This document shows, piece by piece, positions 1 through 13,905 of a stretch of 64,000 nucleotides of DNA. Position 1 is the stretch's first letter. Each line of letters opens with the position of its first letter. A program made the translations under genes and the position numbers. Source of the DNA: Octopus vulgaris (Eukaryota); the NCBI GenBank assembly GCA_951406725.2, contig OX597820.1, positions 111,228,001-111,292,000 on the forward strand, read 5' to 3'. Under the pieces are notes generated by a model. The model was not told where the DNA came from. It saw only the letters and a program-made list of their open reading frames with translations, and ran no database searches.

Positions 1-2200
1 AACAACAAAACCAGAAAACTACAGACCAATAACCTGCCTCCCTACTATGTTCAAGGCATTTACTGCAGTGATATCGCAAAGGCTGAACAAGCACCTGGAC
101 GAAAACAAACTGTTCCCAGAAGAGCAGAAAGGATGCCGCAAGGGCTCATATGGCTGTAAAGATCAACTAATGATTAATAAAGCCGTAACTGAAGACAGCC
201 AAAGAAAGAAGAAAGGCCTCAGTATGGCCTGGATTGACTACAAAAAGGCGTTTGATAGCATCCCCCACACATGGATCCTCGAAACACTAGCCATTAACAA
301 AGTAGCACCAACAATCATAAAATTCATAGAGCACTCTATGAATAAATGGCAAACAGTCCTACACCTCCAAACAAAAGAGGGACTCATGAAAACCAAAGAC
401 ATCCCCATTAGAAGAGGAATATTCCAGGGAGACACGCTCTCTCCACTCCTTTTCTGCTTGGCACTGTCACCTCTATCTGATATGCTAAATAGAACTGGAT
501 GCGGATATAAATGTTACGGCAAAACGATCAGCCACCTTTTATATATGGATGACCTAAAACTATACGCTGCAAATGACAAACAGCTGGAAACACTATTAAA
601 GACAGTTCATGGATTTACCAAAGAAATAGATATGAAATTTGGATTAGAAAAATGCGCCAAAGTAACCATGAAAATAGGAAAACTAGTTAAGAGTAACAAC
701 ATCACACTAGATAAAACCAATGAAATAAAAGAATTAGACCAAAGCCAAACTTACAAATACTTAGGAATCCATGAACTAGATAAGACACAACACACACAAA
801 TGAAAGAGAAAATAAAAAAAGAATATTATAGACGAGTTAGATCAATACTAAAAACAGAGCTCAATGCTAAAAACAAGATAATAGGTATCAACACTTTAGC
901 TGTCCCAGTTATAAGTTACAGCTACAATATCCTTAACTGGACACGAAATGAACTGTCCAAAATAGATAGGAAAACAAGAAAAATACTGACAGGATCTAGG
1001 ATGCATCACCCAAAATCTGACATAGAAAGACTATATATACAACGTATAGAAGGTGGTAGAGGCCTTATACAGCTGGAAAACTACTATAAAATAACCACCA
1101 TAGGACTGCAAAAATACCTACTTCAGAAGGAAGGAAAACTGATCCAGATAGCAGCAAAACACGAGCAAAACAAAAAACTGTTCTCAGTATTTAAGGAAGC
1201 TGACAAATACAAACAAGAAATCATACCACCTAATAAACACAAAGAAGAAGAAGAAGATGATGAAGAAACAACAAAAGCTATAAAACAAATGAAATCCAAA
1301 CTAAAAATAGAACAGCAACGAGCCATGATAAAACGATGGCAAGAAAAGCCCCTTCATGGTAAATACTGCACTAAACTAAACGCAAAAGAAATAGACAAAG
1401 AAAAATCCCAGCAATGGTTGAGAAGCTCAGGACTCAAAGCAGAGACAGAGGGATTTTTAATTGCAGCACAAGACCAAAGCCTCCCCACCAGAAATTACCA
1501 AAAACATGTAATGAAAAGAAATATTACAAGTAACTGCAGAATATGTGGAGATGGACAAGAAACAATAAATCATATTATCTCTAGCTGCCCAGTCCTGGCT
1601 AAGAAGGAATATATTCACAGACATGACAGAGTTGGAACCTACATACATTGGAAGCTATGCCAACATTATGGAATAACAACAGAAAAAAGATGGTATAGGC
1701 ACACACCAGAAAAGGTCACAGAAAACGAGAAAGCAACCATACTCTGGGATATGCCGATACACACAGATAGAGAAATTAAGGCCAACAGACCAGATATAGT
1801 TGTCAGAGATCATGAAGAAAAAAATGCTTTCTAATTGATGTATCAATACCGGCAGATGACAACGTGTCTCTAAAAGAAATGGAGAAACTCTCAAAATACA
1901 AAGACCTGGAAATAGAAGTAACTAGAATGTGGAACCTGAAAACAGAAACAATTCCTATCATAGTAGGTGCATTAGGCATGATAAAAAAATATTCAGACAA
2001 ATACATAACAAAAACACCAGGACTTACAAACACATATAACATACAGAAAATTGCACTACTAGGCACTGCACACATCCTACGCAGAACACTTTCCATACAA
2101 TAACCATCAGAGCATCACAACAAATCACAGCACATACCCAAGGCACACAGAGCTGCGCTCGGTAGTGAAAAGTGAAAGCACGCTATAAAAAATAAAACTA

Positions 2201-2203
<3 letters not shown>
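1..2203 (+). mobile_element. R4/Dong-clade RLE non-LTR retrotransposon, family A copy 1 (runs off window start)
   Basis: RT motifs IFQGDTLSPLLF and LYMDD, GGRGL, CCHC knuckle CRICG..ETINHIISSC, RLE RHD..RPDIVV..LIDV..K..KY; 100-nt 3' UTR ending ACTACTG directly followed by (AAT)n. Confidence 0.95.
47..2103 (+). pseudogene. Dong RT-RLE ORF with a 1-nt frameshift in an A7 run (1818-1824)
   Basis: ORF 47..1834 continues in another frame to the stop at 2103; the copy at 21312-21319 has A8 and reads through (EEKKCFLIDV). Confidence 0.9.
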
Positions 2204-2254
<51 letters not shown>

Positions 2255-2255
<1 letters not shown>

Positions 2256-3892
2256 TCAAAGGGAAAATGACAGAAACATCTAACGTTAACCTTGACCAAC
2301 AGAATGTCATAAAAGAATTAGACCCAGCAGAGAACTACAAGTATCTAGGGGTAATTGAAGGAGAAGGAATAAGGCATTCAGAGATGAAGGAAAGGATCAG
2401 GAGAGAATGTTATCGCAGAGTAAGAGCAATACTCAAGACACAGCTGAATGCGAGAAACAGGATCGAAGCGATCAATGCATTAGCCATACCAGTTGTGACT
2501 TTCAGTTTCAATATCGTTAACTAGTCAATTACTGAAATATGTAATCTTGACAGAAAAATACGAAAACTGTTGACAATGCATAGAATGCACTACCCTAAGG
2601 CAGATACAGAACGACTTTATCTGCCAAGAAAAGAGGGAGGTCGTGGACTTTTACAACTGGCAATAACAATGAAGATTGCAACAATTGGCCTAGACACCTA
2701 CCTGAAAAACTCTGAGGACTGGATGTTAAAACTTGTCTCAAAACATGAAAACAAGAAAGCATCATACTCAGTAACAAAACAGGCAAAGGAATATCTAAGT
2801 GAATTCCGAATACAACAAATTTCGGAATTAGAATTAGACATACAAGAAACAGGCACAGAAAAAGCTAAGCGCATGAAAACCCGTGCTAAATCTGCGGCCT
2901 TAGATACTCTGAATGATAAATGGCAAGAAAAACCTCTCTATGGCAAATACCCAAAGAGAGCAAATAATGCAGATGTTGACAAAGCCCTGACCCATCAATG
3001 GCTAATGGCCTCTGGCTTAAAATCTGAAACAGAGGGGTTTATCATAGCAGCTCAAGATCAATGCCTACCAACAAGAAACTACCAGGCCAACATATTAAAG
3101 ATCAGAAGCAGTCCAACGTGTCGTGTATGCCAGCAACAAAATGAAACCATTGACCATGTGGTCTCTAAGTGCAGTCTTCTAGCGCCTACACAGTATCTCA
3201 ACAGACACGATAGAGCTGCACAATATATTCACTGGGTAATCTGCAAAAACCTGGATTTGCCCCATGAAAAAAACTGGTGGGAACACAAACTACCCCCAGT
3301 GCTTGAAAATGACCACATCTCACTCCTCTGGAACTTCACCATTCAAACTGACAGAAAGATAGATGCAAATAGGCCAGACATCATATTGAAAGACTTCAAA
3401 CAAAGAACATGCCTCCTTATTGATATGACTGTCCCAATCGATATAAACGTATCTGTCAAGACCTACCAAAAACTGAGCAAATATAAAGATCTTGAAATAG
3501 AAATCAGCGAAGTGTGGAACCTGAAGACTAAAACAATACCTGTTGTCATAGGTGCCCTGGGAATGATAGCAAAAGGGGCTGATAGCTACCTAACTCAGAT
3601 ACCAGGAAACCCAAAAATGGCAGAAATTCAAAAGATAGTGCTCATGGGAACTGCTCATATCCTACGCAAAATACTTTCTATGTAATCTCAAAGTTTAAAA
3701 CAAACATAATTTTCGGTTTAAAAAAAAAAAATTTTTTTTTTAGACATTCATTAGTACAACACCAAAAACTCTCCCCAAATATATGGCGCACTAGGCATAA
3801 CAACAACATCAACTTCCAACCTGTTGTCTCTTGAGGTCTCTGGGTGAGACTTGGAGCCAACTTGTACAAATATAAAGCAAAAGTCAAACATA

Positions 3893-3893
<1 letters not shown>
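2255..3893 (+). mobile_element. R4/Dong family B, 5'-truncated
   Basis: ORFs 2267..2524 and 2570..3685 (one internal stop): YKYLG, GGRGL, CRVC..H..C, RPDII..LIDM..KY; different sequence from family A; (AAT)n on both sides. Confidence 0.93.
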
Positions 3894-3960
<67 letters not shown>

Positions 3961-5855
3961 GCACCAACAATCATAAAATTCATAGAGCACTCTATGAATA
4001 AATGGCAAACAGTCCTACACCTCCAAACAAAAGAGGGACTCATGAAAACCAAAGACATCCCCATTAGAAGAGGAATATTCCAGGGAGACACGCTCTCTCC
4101 ACTCCTTTTCTGCTTGGCACTGTCACCTCTATCTGATATGCTAAATAGAACTGGATGCGGATATAAATGTTACGGCAAAACGATCAGCCACCTTTTATAT
4201 ATGGATGACCTAAAACTATACGCTGCAAATGACAAACAGCTGGAAACACTATTAAAGACAGTTCATGGATTTACCAAAGAAATAGATATGAAATTTGGAT
4301 TAGAAAAATGCGCCAAAGTAACCATGAAAATAGGAAAACTAGTTAAGAGTAACAACATCACACTAGATAAAACCAATGAAATAAAAGAATTAGACCAAAG
4401 CCAAACTTACAAATACTTAGGAATCCATGAACTAGATAAGACACAACACACACAAATGAAAGAGAAAATAAAAAAAGAATATTATAGACGAGTTAGATCA
4501 ATACTAAAAACAGAGCTCAATGCTAAAAACAAGATAATAGGCATCAACACTTTAGCTGTCCCAGTTATAAGTTACAGCTACAATATCCTTAACTGGACAC
4601 GAAATGAACTGTCCAAAATAGATAGGAAAACAAGAAAAATACTGACAGGATCTAGGATGCATCACCCAAAATCTGACATAGAAAGACTATATATACAACG
4701 TATAGAAGGTGGTAGAGGCCTTATACAGCTGGAAAACTACTATAAAATAACCACCATAGGACTGCAAAAATACCTACTTCAGAAGGAAGGAAAACTGATC
4801 CAGATAGCAGCAAAACACGAGCAAAACAAAAAACTGTTCTCAGTATTTAAAGAAGCTGACAAATACAAACAAGAAATCATACCACCTAATAAACACAAAG
4901 AAGAAGAAGAAGATGATGAAGAAACAACAAAAGCTATAAAACAAATGAAATCCAAACTAAAAATAGAACAGCAACGAGCCATGATAAAACGATGGCAAGA
5001 AAAGCCCCTTCATGGTAAATACTGCACTAAACTAAACGCAAAAGAAATAGACAAAGAAAAATCCCAGCAATGGTTGAGAAGCTCAGGACTCAAAGCAGAG
5101 ACAGAGGGATTTTTAATTGCAGCACAAGACCAAAGCCTCCCCACCAGAAATTACCAAAAACATGTAATGAAAAGAAATATTACAAGTAACTGCAGAATAT
5201 GTGGAGATGGACAAGAAACAATAAATCATATTATCTCTAGCTGCCCAGTCCTGGCTAAGAAGGAATATATTCACAGACATGACAGAGTTGGAACCTACAT
5301 ACATTGGAAGCTATGCCAACATTATGGAATAACAACAGAAAAAAGATGGTATAGGCACACACCAGAAAAGGTCACAGAAAACGAGAAAGCAACCATACTC
5401 TGGGATATGCCGATATACACAGATAGAGAAATTAAGGCCAACAGACCAGATATAGTTGTCAGAGATCATGAAGAAAAAAATGCTTTCTAATTGATGTATC
5501 AATACCGGCAGATGACAACGTGTCTCTAAAAGAAATGGAGAAACTCTCAAAATACAAAGACCTGGAAATAGAGGTAACTAGAATGTGGAACCTGAAAACA
5601 GAAACAATTCCTATCATAGTAGGTGCATTAGGCATGATAAAAAAATATTCAGACAAATACATAACAAAAACACCAGGACTTACAAACACATATAACATAC
5701 AGAAAATTGCACTACTAGGCACTGCACACATCCTACGCAGAACACTTTCCATACAATAACCATCAGAGCATCACAACAAATCACAGCACATACCCAAGGC
5801 ACACAGAGCTGCGCTCAGTAGTGAAAAGTGAAAGCACGCTATAAAAATAAAACTA

Positions 5856-5858
<3 letters not shown>
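3961..5858 (+). mobile_element. R4/Dong family A copy 2, 5'-truncated
   Basis: Near-identical to 305-2203 (only a handful of differences seen); (AAT)n on both sides; same A7 frameshift at 5474-5480. Confidence 0.95.
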
Positions 5859-5937
<79 letters not shown>

Positions 5938-5939
5938 TC

Positions 5940-5997
<58 letters not shown>

Positions 5998-6016
5998 GCA
6001 ATAATAATAATAATAA

Positions 6017-6186
6017 TCCTTTCTACCATATGCGCAAGGCCTGAAATTTGGGGGAGGGGATAGTCGATTACATCGACCTCAGTACTCAACTGGTACTTGA
6101 TATATCAACCTCGAAAGTATGAAAGGCAAAGTCGACCTCAGCGGAATTTGAACACAGAACATAGCAACAGGCAAAATATCGCTAAC
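6017..6186 (-). mobile_element. tRNA-derived SINE fragment
   Basis: Reverse complement of the SINE at 24768-24987 (GTTCAAATTCCGC..GAGGTCGACTTTGCCTTTCAT). Confidence 0.8.
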
Positions 6187-6210
6187 AACAACAACAACAA
6201 CAACAATAGC

Positions 6211-6261
<51 letters not shown>

Positions 6262-6262
<1 letters not shown>

Positions 6263-6819
6263 CCCTGATGCAGTACCAGGCAATGGCTCTCATGGCTTCT
6301 GATCTTAACTGATTGGAAGTGTTATCATGTATATTGTTTTGTCTTGGTATAAAAGATGGGCTACAGCAAATATTCTGCTCAATACCACAGATTTGCTTGT
6401 CAGTTGTTTGACCGTAACCAGTTGAGCATGTCCCTTAGTGGCTGACGATATGTGCATCTCTGATCACGAGCTGAAGTAGTGGGGGAGCATCATAGCCATG
6501 TGTTGAGAGGGATTCTTTGGGGTTTGAATAGTTCACCCCTGGAAACATGGGTGGTTCTTTCAACATCCTTAAACAATCCTTATTCAGGGACCTTTTGAGC
6601 GGGATGGGCTACTCAACCTGAAGAAAATTCTAACTGGGCCCCACCTGCAAGGTCATGTGCTGTTTATCTTGATATGAGATCACCATGTCGCGCACATATA
6701 GTTGTGATGCATGTGCCTGGTGTACCCTTATCAGACGGGTAGTCATGATGGGTATATTGGGCTTCATATATTTTACCCCAGTGTCACTTTGATGGCATGA
6801 ACTGCTCTCTCACTCACTC
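6262..6819 (+). mobile_element. ~555-bp non-coding, non-autonomous element in (TAA)n, copy 1
   Basis: Starts GCCCTGATGCAGTACC and ends CTCTCTCACTC(ACTC); high-identity reverse copy with the same ends at 35632-36185; both flanked by AAT repeats; no long ORF. Confidence 0.88.
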
Positions 6820-6865
<46 letters not shown>

Positions 6866-7329
6866 GTCTAGCTAGTGACAGAAACAACAACGATAAATGC
6901 ACCGTGGCTACAGAAGTAAGGCCAAAAGCAACGATCTTTGGTTTTCATACGCTGAACCTGTCCACCGAAGAAGATTTACATGTGAGCAATGAACTCTCTG
7001 AGAACTCATTCGGCATGATATAAAGAGTGGTTACATCTCTTTCAAATCACATCTAACATCGCAGAGGAAGAACAGATCAGATAGTGTAATTCTGTGATAA
7101 GCGCAGGGAATTGGTGCCACCCCTGCCCTGCATAGGCCAGTGTAACCTCTGCGTCTGTGGAAGGCCTGCGGCAAGTTACACAGGGCGAACTTGGCATCGC
7201 AAAGCCTTGGTCGGCAACCACGTTAGAGCTGGTGTTATATTTGAGGTAACCCTTTACATGAAAATTTCAAATAAACACACCCGGGAAGAAAACCATATAA
7301 AAATCATTCTCATTACTTGCAATGATGAC

Positions 7330-8433
7330 AACAATTTCGAACCCAAATAACAGCATGAACGAGAGCAATGGAGTAGAAGCCCAGACTTCACCCAGTTGCC
7401 TACATAATGGTGCAGTTCCAGAGTGGATGATAGAGGGAAATAGAACATTGATGATGAAAGATCGGTCAAAGGGCAATGAGGTTGGCAATTATCGACCCGT
7501 TGCTTGCCTTAACCTCCTATGTTGAGTATTAACAGACATCTTCACAGGGAAAATATATACGTTATTTGCAGAATGCGATCTCCTTCCAGTATAACAAAAG
7601 GGATGTCGAAAACGATCCAAGGGCACCAAGGACAACCTTGTGATAGACGAGGTTGTAATGAAGAACTGTAAATGGTACCCAAAAAAAATTTGTGCATGGC
7701 CTGGATAGACTTTTAAAAGGCTTACGAACTGTTGCCACATTCGTGGATTTTGGAAACATTCGACATGTGTGGAATAGCTGAGAACATGTGTGCATTGATT
7801 AAGAACAGCATACCTACTTGGAAAACACGTCTTTTCTATAGCAACCAGCACTTAACCGAGATAACAATCAAAACAGATATCTTCCAAGGAGACTCTTGTT
7901 CACCATTGTTATTTGTTATAACCTTGATTCCGCTTTCTGTAATCCTACACAAAGTCAACGCGGTCTATGATCTGAGAAAGAATGGACCTCGTCTCAATCA
8001 CCTTCTCTTCATGGATGATTTAAAGGTTTTCGCAAAAACAGAGCCTGAAATGGAGAGGCTGATTGAGACTGTACAGATATGCAGCAAGGATACAGGGATG
8101 GAATTCGATATCTCGAAGTGTGAGGTGTTCACTTTGAAACGAAGGATAAGAGCAGATTGTAAGGGCATAGAATTGCCAAACAGAGAGGAAATGGAAGACC
8201 TGGATGATGATGGGTACAAGTGCCTAGAAATCCTGGAGCTGGACAATATTTTGCACAGAGAAATGAAAGACAAGGCCATCACTGCATATTTCAAGCGGCT
8301 CAAACTTCCCCTGAAGTCAAAACTCAAATCAAGGAACCTTGTGACTGCCATCAGTAAATGGGATTTTGCTGTAGTCCGCTATAGTGTACCCATCCTGAAA
8401 TGGAGACGAGTGGAGATTAACCAACTCGATCGC
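7330..8433 (+). mobile_element. Decayed R4/Dong family C RT fragment
   Basis: NYRPVACL, IFQGDSCSPLLF, NHLLFMDDLK motifs with stops and frameshifts. Confidence 0.85.
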
Positions 8434-8539
8434 ATGCGTGTTTTTCATGTAGTAACTGAGAGTACTGGAGTTTAAACGTGTTGTGAGAACAAACTGCTAA
8501 TTAAACGTCAGCAAGTCTTCCATTTTAAATATTTTTCCT

Positions 8540-9000
8540 ATATTCTTATTCCCATTATACATCTTAGATGTGTTAGGAACCTTAGTGAAAACTGTATCCA
8601 ACTCCTCCAAAAGCGCCTGACCTCATACCTGTGATAGAAATCCTTATTTATTAAGCAGCAAAGTTGAGCCCTTTTTTCTGATGAGGAGATTGTTAGTAAA
8701 TGTTTTAAGCTGTCTTTAAGCGGTGATTTTGAAAAGTGTATAACCATCTCGCCTTTGTACGGATATTCGTGTTCTTACGTTCTGCAATTTAGCCTTTATC
8801 CTTGCACTAAAATTTCATCCTTCGACCGTCATCCTATCGATCACCATTTCGTCATCTTTCTTGATATTTTATATGCCGTAGAAATGTATTTTAAATATGC
8901 AGTTTGAATATAACAGGATGGTGTATCAGGAAGTTTTTGGTCCAATTATTTGTAGATCGATGGAATGCGTAGCGGCTTTCTAGCTAGTTCATGTTCATTA
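8540..9000 (-). pseudogene. Possible highly decayed piggyBac-like transposase C-terminus
   Basis: Loose matches to the RK..KW motif and a Cys-rich tail (HLLTIS..RAQLCC..EVRRF); weak. Confidence 0.3.
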
Positions 9001-9499
9001 TTATTAAATAATTGTGAGCTTAATATGGAATCGAGCATCTTACTATGCAGAATGAATGTTTGATCTCGGTTAGGATTATGGTTTAATTGATCTTTAGACG
9101 GATGACTCAGCAGGAGTTGTTTGTGTTCGTTATCTGGTATGGCTGGGATAGCGGTAGTACACCTCTCCACCTTTTCTTTGAGCTATTGTAGGTGTTTAGC
9201 GCAACACAAGCAGTCCTAGTGCATATCTTTAAGAGTTGTTACAAGCTGAATGACCTCTCATAGCATGCAGCTGGTCGTATGATATATGAGATATCATGCA
9301 CTAACATGACACAACTGATCCTGATTAGATACCAGAAATAGTGCATTTCTGACATGAAAGACTCATTTCCGATGAGCTGATATTGGTAATTGCTTCGATT
9401 TAATCATTTTTAAATATTTTAAAAGGAGTTGTTTTATCTCGTAATTTTTCTTGTCAGTTAATCAAAAATCCTTATCACGGTCAACTAAAAATTACTTGA

Positions 9500-12470
9500 T
9501 TAAAAACCATTAACATTTGCTATTTTGGGACCTTTGTTGTAAAGTTCTTACAAGATGTACATTTTAATGTCTTAGGAATTACAAAGTTTGCAATTTTTTT
9601 GTAACAAGAGGTAGGTACAGACTTTAGATGTGTAGAGGGAAAAGGAAACTTAACAAACTTTTGCGGTTCTTGACTTAATTAACTCCTCTTGTAGCAATAA
9701 CCACAGTGTTCTTGATTGGGCACTGTATTGATATTTACTTTCAATTCTTGTACTTGATCTAATCTGTCTCTATTCCAGATACACGAACTCATTCTTCTAC
9801 TGAACTGCTTGAAGGAATACTTGAATCTGCAACAGTAAAAGTAAAATACTTAATCAAACGCGGTTTCCTCCAAACGAATGAGAAATAAAAACATCCATAC
9901 AATTATCATTTACAAAAATATTTACAAAACCATCTTGACAATCATCATTTACTACAAATGTAGAAGAACAAAGTGAAGAAAATGTAACATGAGCCAATGA
10001 TTCCTCAAATGGTGTTGAATGCAGAAAAGTAATTTCATAAACTGTTACGTCTTGTAGAACTGTATCATATTCTAGCGAAGTAACATTACTTAAACAATAT
10101 ACAACTAAATTTGTGAGATGTGAGAAGATAAGAAAAAGATTTATTCGTGGCTTGTGAGTGGTTCCGAAAACTTCGAACCTGAAGTATGCTCGACTGTAAT
10201 TAATCCAATCCATTTCAAAGACCAGATGTTAGCATTTCCAAAGTATGCTTTAGATTCTTTCAATGACTGTACGTTATAGTCAGTAATTTTTGAGAAAAAT
10301 ATTTGCTTCTTTCAAAGACGTCGGCATACATTATTGCTGCCAAAATTCTGTTGAGTACAAGAGAACAACAACTTGAAACTATGTTTGACCGATTAAATAA
10401 ATCTAAAATAAAGTTTAACTGTAAAATATTGAGAACTGCAACTTCTTATATAACTAAAAACAAAGTTGACACAGTTGCAGGAATTAAATGGCGAAAATAC
10501 TCCTTAAGGATTGTGCTCACAATTTTTATGCGACAAATATAGGAAACAATGTTGCACAAGAAATCAGGTCGACTGTCTGCAAATGCTTCCTTGAAACAAA
10601 AGAAAAATAGCCATTCTAATAGGTGAGTCGATTCTCCAAGCAACAAACTTTGAAAGTCATTTTGAAATGTGAAACGAACGAAATGATCTACATTTTATAT
10701 TGTTGGAGTTTCTAGAGTTAAACCAGAAACAAAAGCAGAAACTATAAAGGAAAACTTGCTTTCTGGAGCCTGGGTCTGGTGCCGATTATCTTCAAGACAA
10801 TCTTATTGCTATTAGTAGTGATAGTGTCACTGTGAATCCACGATTCATTCAGAAAGTATCCTAAAATTAGGTTGTTACTAAGTAATGGTGATTTTTATTA
10901 TTTTGATATGTGATGAATATTTTGGAATAGACTTTTATTTAATTATGTTCATAAAATATATAATATACAATTTTGGTCTTTTGATTTTTGCTCATAGTTT
11001 TGATTTTGCTACTCTTTCTTGTTTGTTTGGGGTCTTAAATTAAATGCAAAAGAACGCAAGAATCGAAAACTGCACACATCAACCTAACATTTTGGCCAAG
11101 GACCAAATGTTAGTTCAACAATTGTTCCTAAAACATTTCAGTGTTGAGACGAGAGCCTTGAAGATGAACAAGGTTGTGATTGACAAATGACGAACTGGGT
11201 GCCACAATTAAAATGGAAATTCGGAAAGCAAGTCATAAGATACAAAACCAAATGTTGAGATTCAACAGTTGCTCGACCTTTTTTACCGCATAGTAAAGTC
11301 AAGAAAGCCCAACAAATTGGTAGCGCACGAACTGAATGAAATTAAAATCGTTACTACGGTGTCTGCTCTTCACTTCTTTTACGCTACAAAGGCTATCCAT
11401 TTTTTAATGACATAACATGGGGCGGAAAATGATCCTACGGCATTCGGCATAGTGGGTGGACCGAGATGAAGCACCAAAATACTTTTCCAAATCGAAACCG
11501 CATCAGAAGTTTTATGATCAGCAAATGGAACCATCGCTTACTGTTCTTGAATCCTTTCAAAATCATCATGGCGTAGAAGTTTTTCCAGGAATTCGACAAA
11601 ATGCGCCAAGGACTGCAACGTTTAAGATGGAATCGGTCTAATTTTCTCCATAACATACCCGATCTTTTATCACGTAAAGAACTGCAAACATTTGTGCTCA
11701 AAAGTGGTCAATTTTTATCCATAACAACACCTAACCACAAATTCTCGCCAAATACCCAGCGTACACCCTAGACCTCTTTCTGATCGACTACAAGTTTTTA
11801 AAGCAGCTTGATAACTTCCTGCGACTTCATGAGAATAGCTAAGCAACATTAATTATTCGCTTCCAGGACTCTAGAATTCTATGCTATCGGATTAAAGACT
11901 TGTTTCGTATTGATAACAAAATATATAGATTTCTAATGGTTGTTATTTCATTTAGCAAAACTATTTTGAGTTGAGATATAGTTTTATTTTTGGTTGTTGT
12001 TAAAACCCTTAATTATTTGGCAACAACGTTATATAATTGCATGACGTTGTTTAAATTAACCTTTGGTCAGAAGCAGATAATATTTCTGAAGTAAATGGTA
12101 TTTATCATTTTAGCTTGCTGACAGGTAAACTGTACTCTTTCTAAAATCTGTCTTCTAAGAATCAAAAAGGGATTCAAGTGGACTGCAAAGCTCCATGAAC
12201 AAAAGAACCAGATCAGTTTCGAACTCCTTCAGAATTGTTTCAACATTTGGGAATAGCCATACAACGCTATGTTATCGTTTTGAACATAATAGCAATAACA
12301 CTGATAAAAGTGAATTACAAGTTGACCAGTGCACATTTAGAGGATTCCACAAAGGCATTCCATCAAAACAGTTTCTCTTTGATCAGCCACTTATATACAA
12401 TGCATTATCCGAATTATCTCTTCTCTTCTTGATGAGTCCTTACAGAAAAAGGATATATCTGTAGTTTACG
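9500..12470 (+). pseudogene. Decayed hAT (KIAA1586/ZNF862-like) transposase interrupted by a mariner
   Basis: Fragments KAETIKENLL..DYLQDNLIAISSDS (10720-10830), IAILI.(D)ES-like (10610) and SFRIVSTF (12220); boundaries approximate. Confidence 0.5.
11085..12033 (+). mobile_element. Decayed mariner (Hsmar1/cecropia-like)
   Basis: KLVAHELNE (WVPHEL-like), DRDEAPKYFSK.KPHQK, PAYTLDL..DY (YSPDL-like), TIR-like 3' end AATTATTTGGCAACAACGTTATA. Confidence 0.75.
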
Positions 12471-12839
12471 GAAACAGGTTAATTCGTCGTAGCATGGGAT
12501 TTTTGGAAGTAATGAAAGAAGAGAATGCTAAAAAAAAGTCATAGAAGCAGAGACGGAGAAAGGAAATTAAGTTTGCATCAGTGACACTGACAGCTTGCAA
12601 GAGTGTTTCAATCAATCATTGCTAATGTTTAACCAACATATACATACATACTCACATATACGCACGCGCACGCACGCACGCACACACACACACACACTTA
12701 CATGCATGCAAACATACATACACACACATGTATACATACACACACACACATCACAGAAGTAGACACCCTATAAAACATCGTTTTATGTTTGTTTTAACAT
12801 GAAAAGGTTTTTATTGTTTTTTAATTGTCATTTTTATGT

Positions 12840-12950
12840 TTCAGGTTCTGTATGTGACTGTTGAATCTTGCCACGTACAAAAGAATCGTTGGAACTGTCC
12901 GAATTTCAAAGAGGTCGTATTGTGGGTCAAATTGAAGGTGGAGCATAATC
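12840..12950 (+). pseudogene. Tc1-type transposase N-terminal fragment
   Basis: ELSEFQRGRIVG paired-like HTH start. Confidence 0.55.
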
Positions 12951-13107
12951 CTCGTTGCAAGGCCTCTGGCACAGAAAAAACGGGTGATAGTTTAGGAACC
13001 TGATGCATCTGTGTTTGGCGATGGAAATATGAGAGAGAGTACTGAATGTAGCTTTTTTAAAGTGTGGGTGGTTTAAGGGTTTTTGTAGTTTCGCAGAGTA
13101 CGCATGG

Positions 13108-13147
<40 letters not shown>

Positions 13148-13854
13148 ACGCGCGCGCGCGTACGTGTGTGTATCTGTGTAAAAGTGTGCGAGTACGGATA
13201 TGATACCTAACTATGTTTGACATACATCGGAAAGTTTGCAATACTGAGCTATGAATGAGACACTTGTGCAGAATGTGTAGTACGGTTAAAGTGGCAGATA
13301 AGCATTTGATATACTTAATTTAAGAAAGAGAAATCTTAAATTTATTGCAGTGTAATCGGTAACACATTTACCTGGAAGTTATAAATAGGTCGTATCACGT
13401 AAGTGGATCTGTCATATTTTCTGATCTCATATTACTGCTTAAAATGCTTAGAGTCATCCACAGCTTTCCTTTTTGATTTATGCTATTAAACGCATTAATC
13501 TCCACGGTTTTATCTTTATTTTGCTTAAGCTTCCTGGATCAATATTATTTTCTGATCTCTGTCAAGCAATCACTTCTTGCCAGTTTCCATTTTCTCATTG
13601 TCATGTAAAATGCCATTCTAACTTTCATTTCTTTTCACATTTTACATACCCTTGACATTTTTAAATCCAGTTTTGCTCGACATGACACGAATAAGCTTTA
13701 TATCACTTGCATGTCTTTGGAACAAGTAATTCTTCCTCGGGATTCTTCCCTTCATTATTCCATCTAACATTTCTAAATCTATTTTCATGATTCAATAACA
13801 TTTTCCATACTCTCAGCAACAGTGACTACTCTGTAATTCATGACTGACGCTAGT

Positions 13855-13905
<51 letters not shown>

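Noticed and set aside
3844-3960. N-terminal extension of the 548-aa ORF (poly-Ile)
   Set aside because: Read-through of the family B 3' UTR and the (AAT)n target into a 5'-truncated copy
6262-6640. Hammerhead or HDV-like ribozyme in the 555-bp element (CTGATGCA at the start, CTGAAGA at ~6618)
   Set aside because: No matching GAAA with stems II/III, and no consistent P1/P3/P1.1 pseudoknot could be built by eye
9854-10213. 119-aa minus-strand ORF as a host gene
   Set aside because: No recognisable domain; it lies within a decayed transposon region
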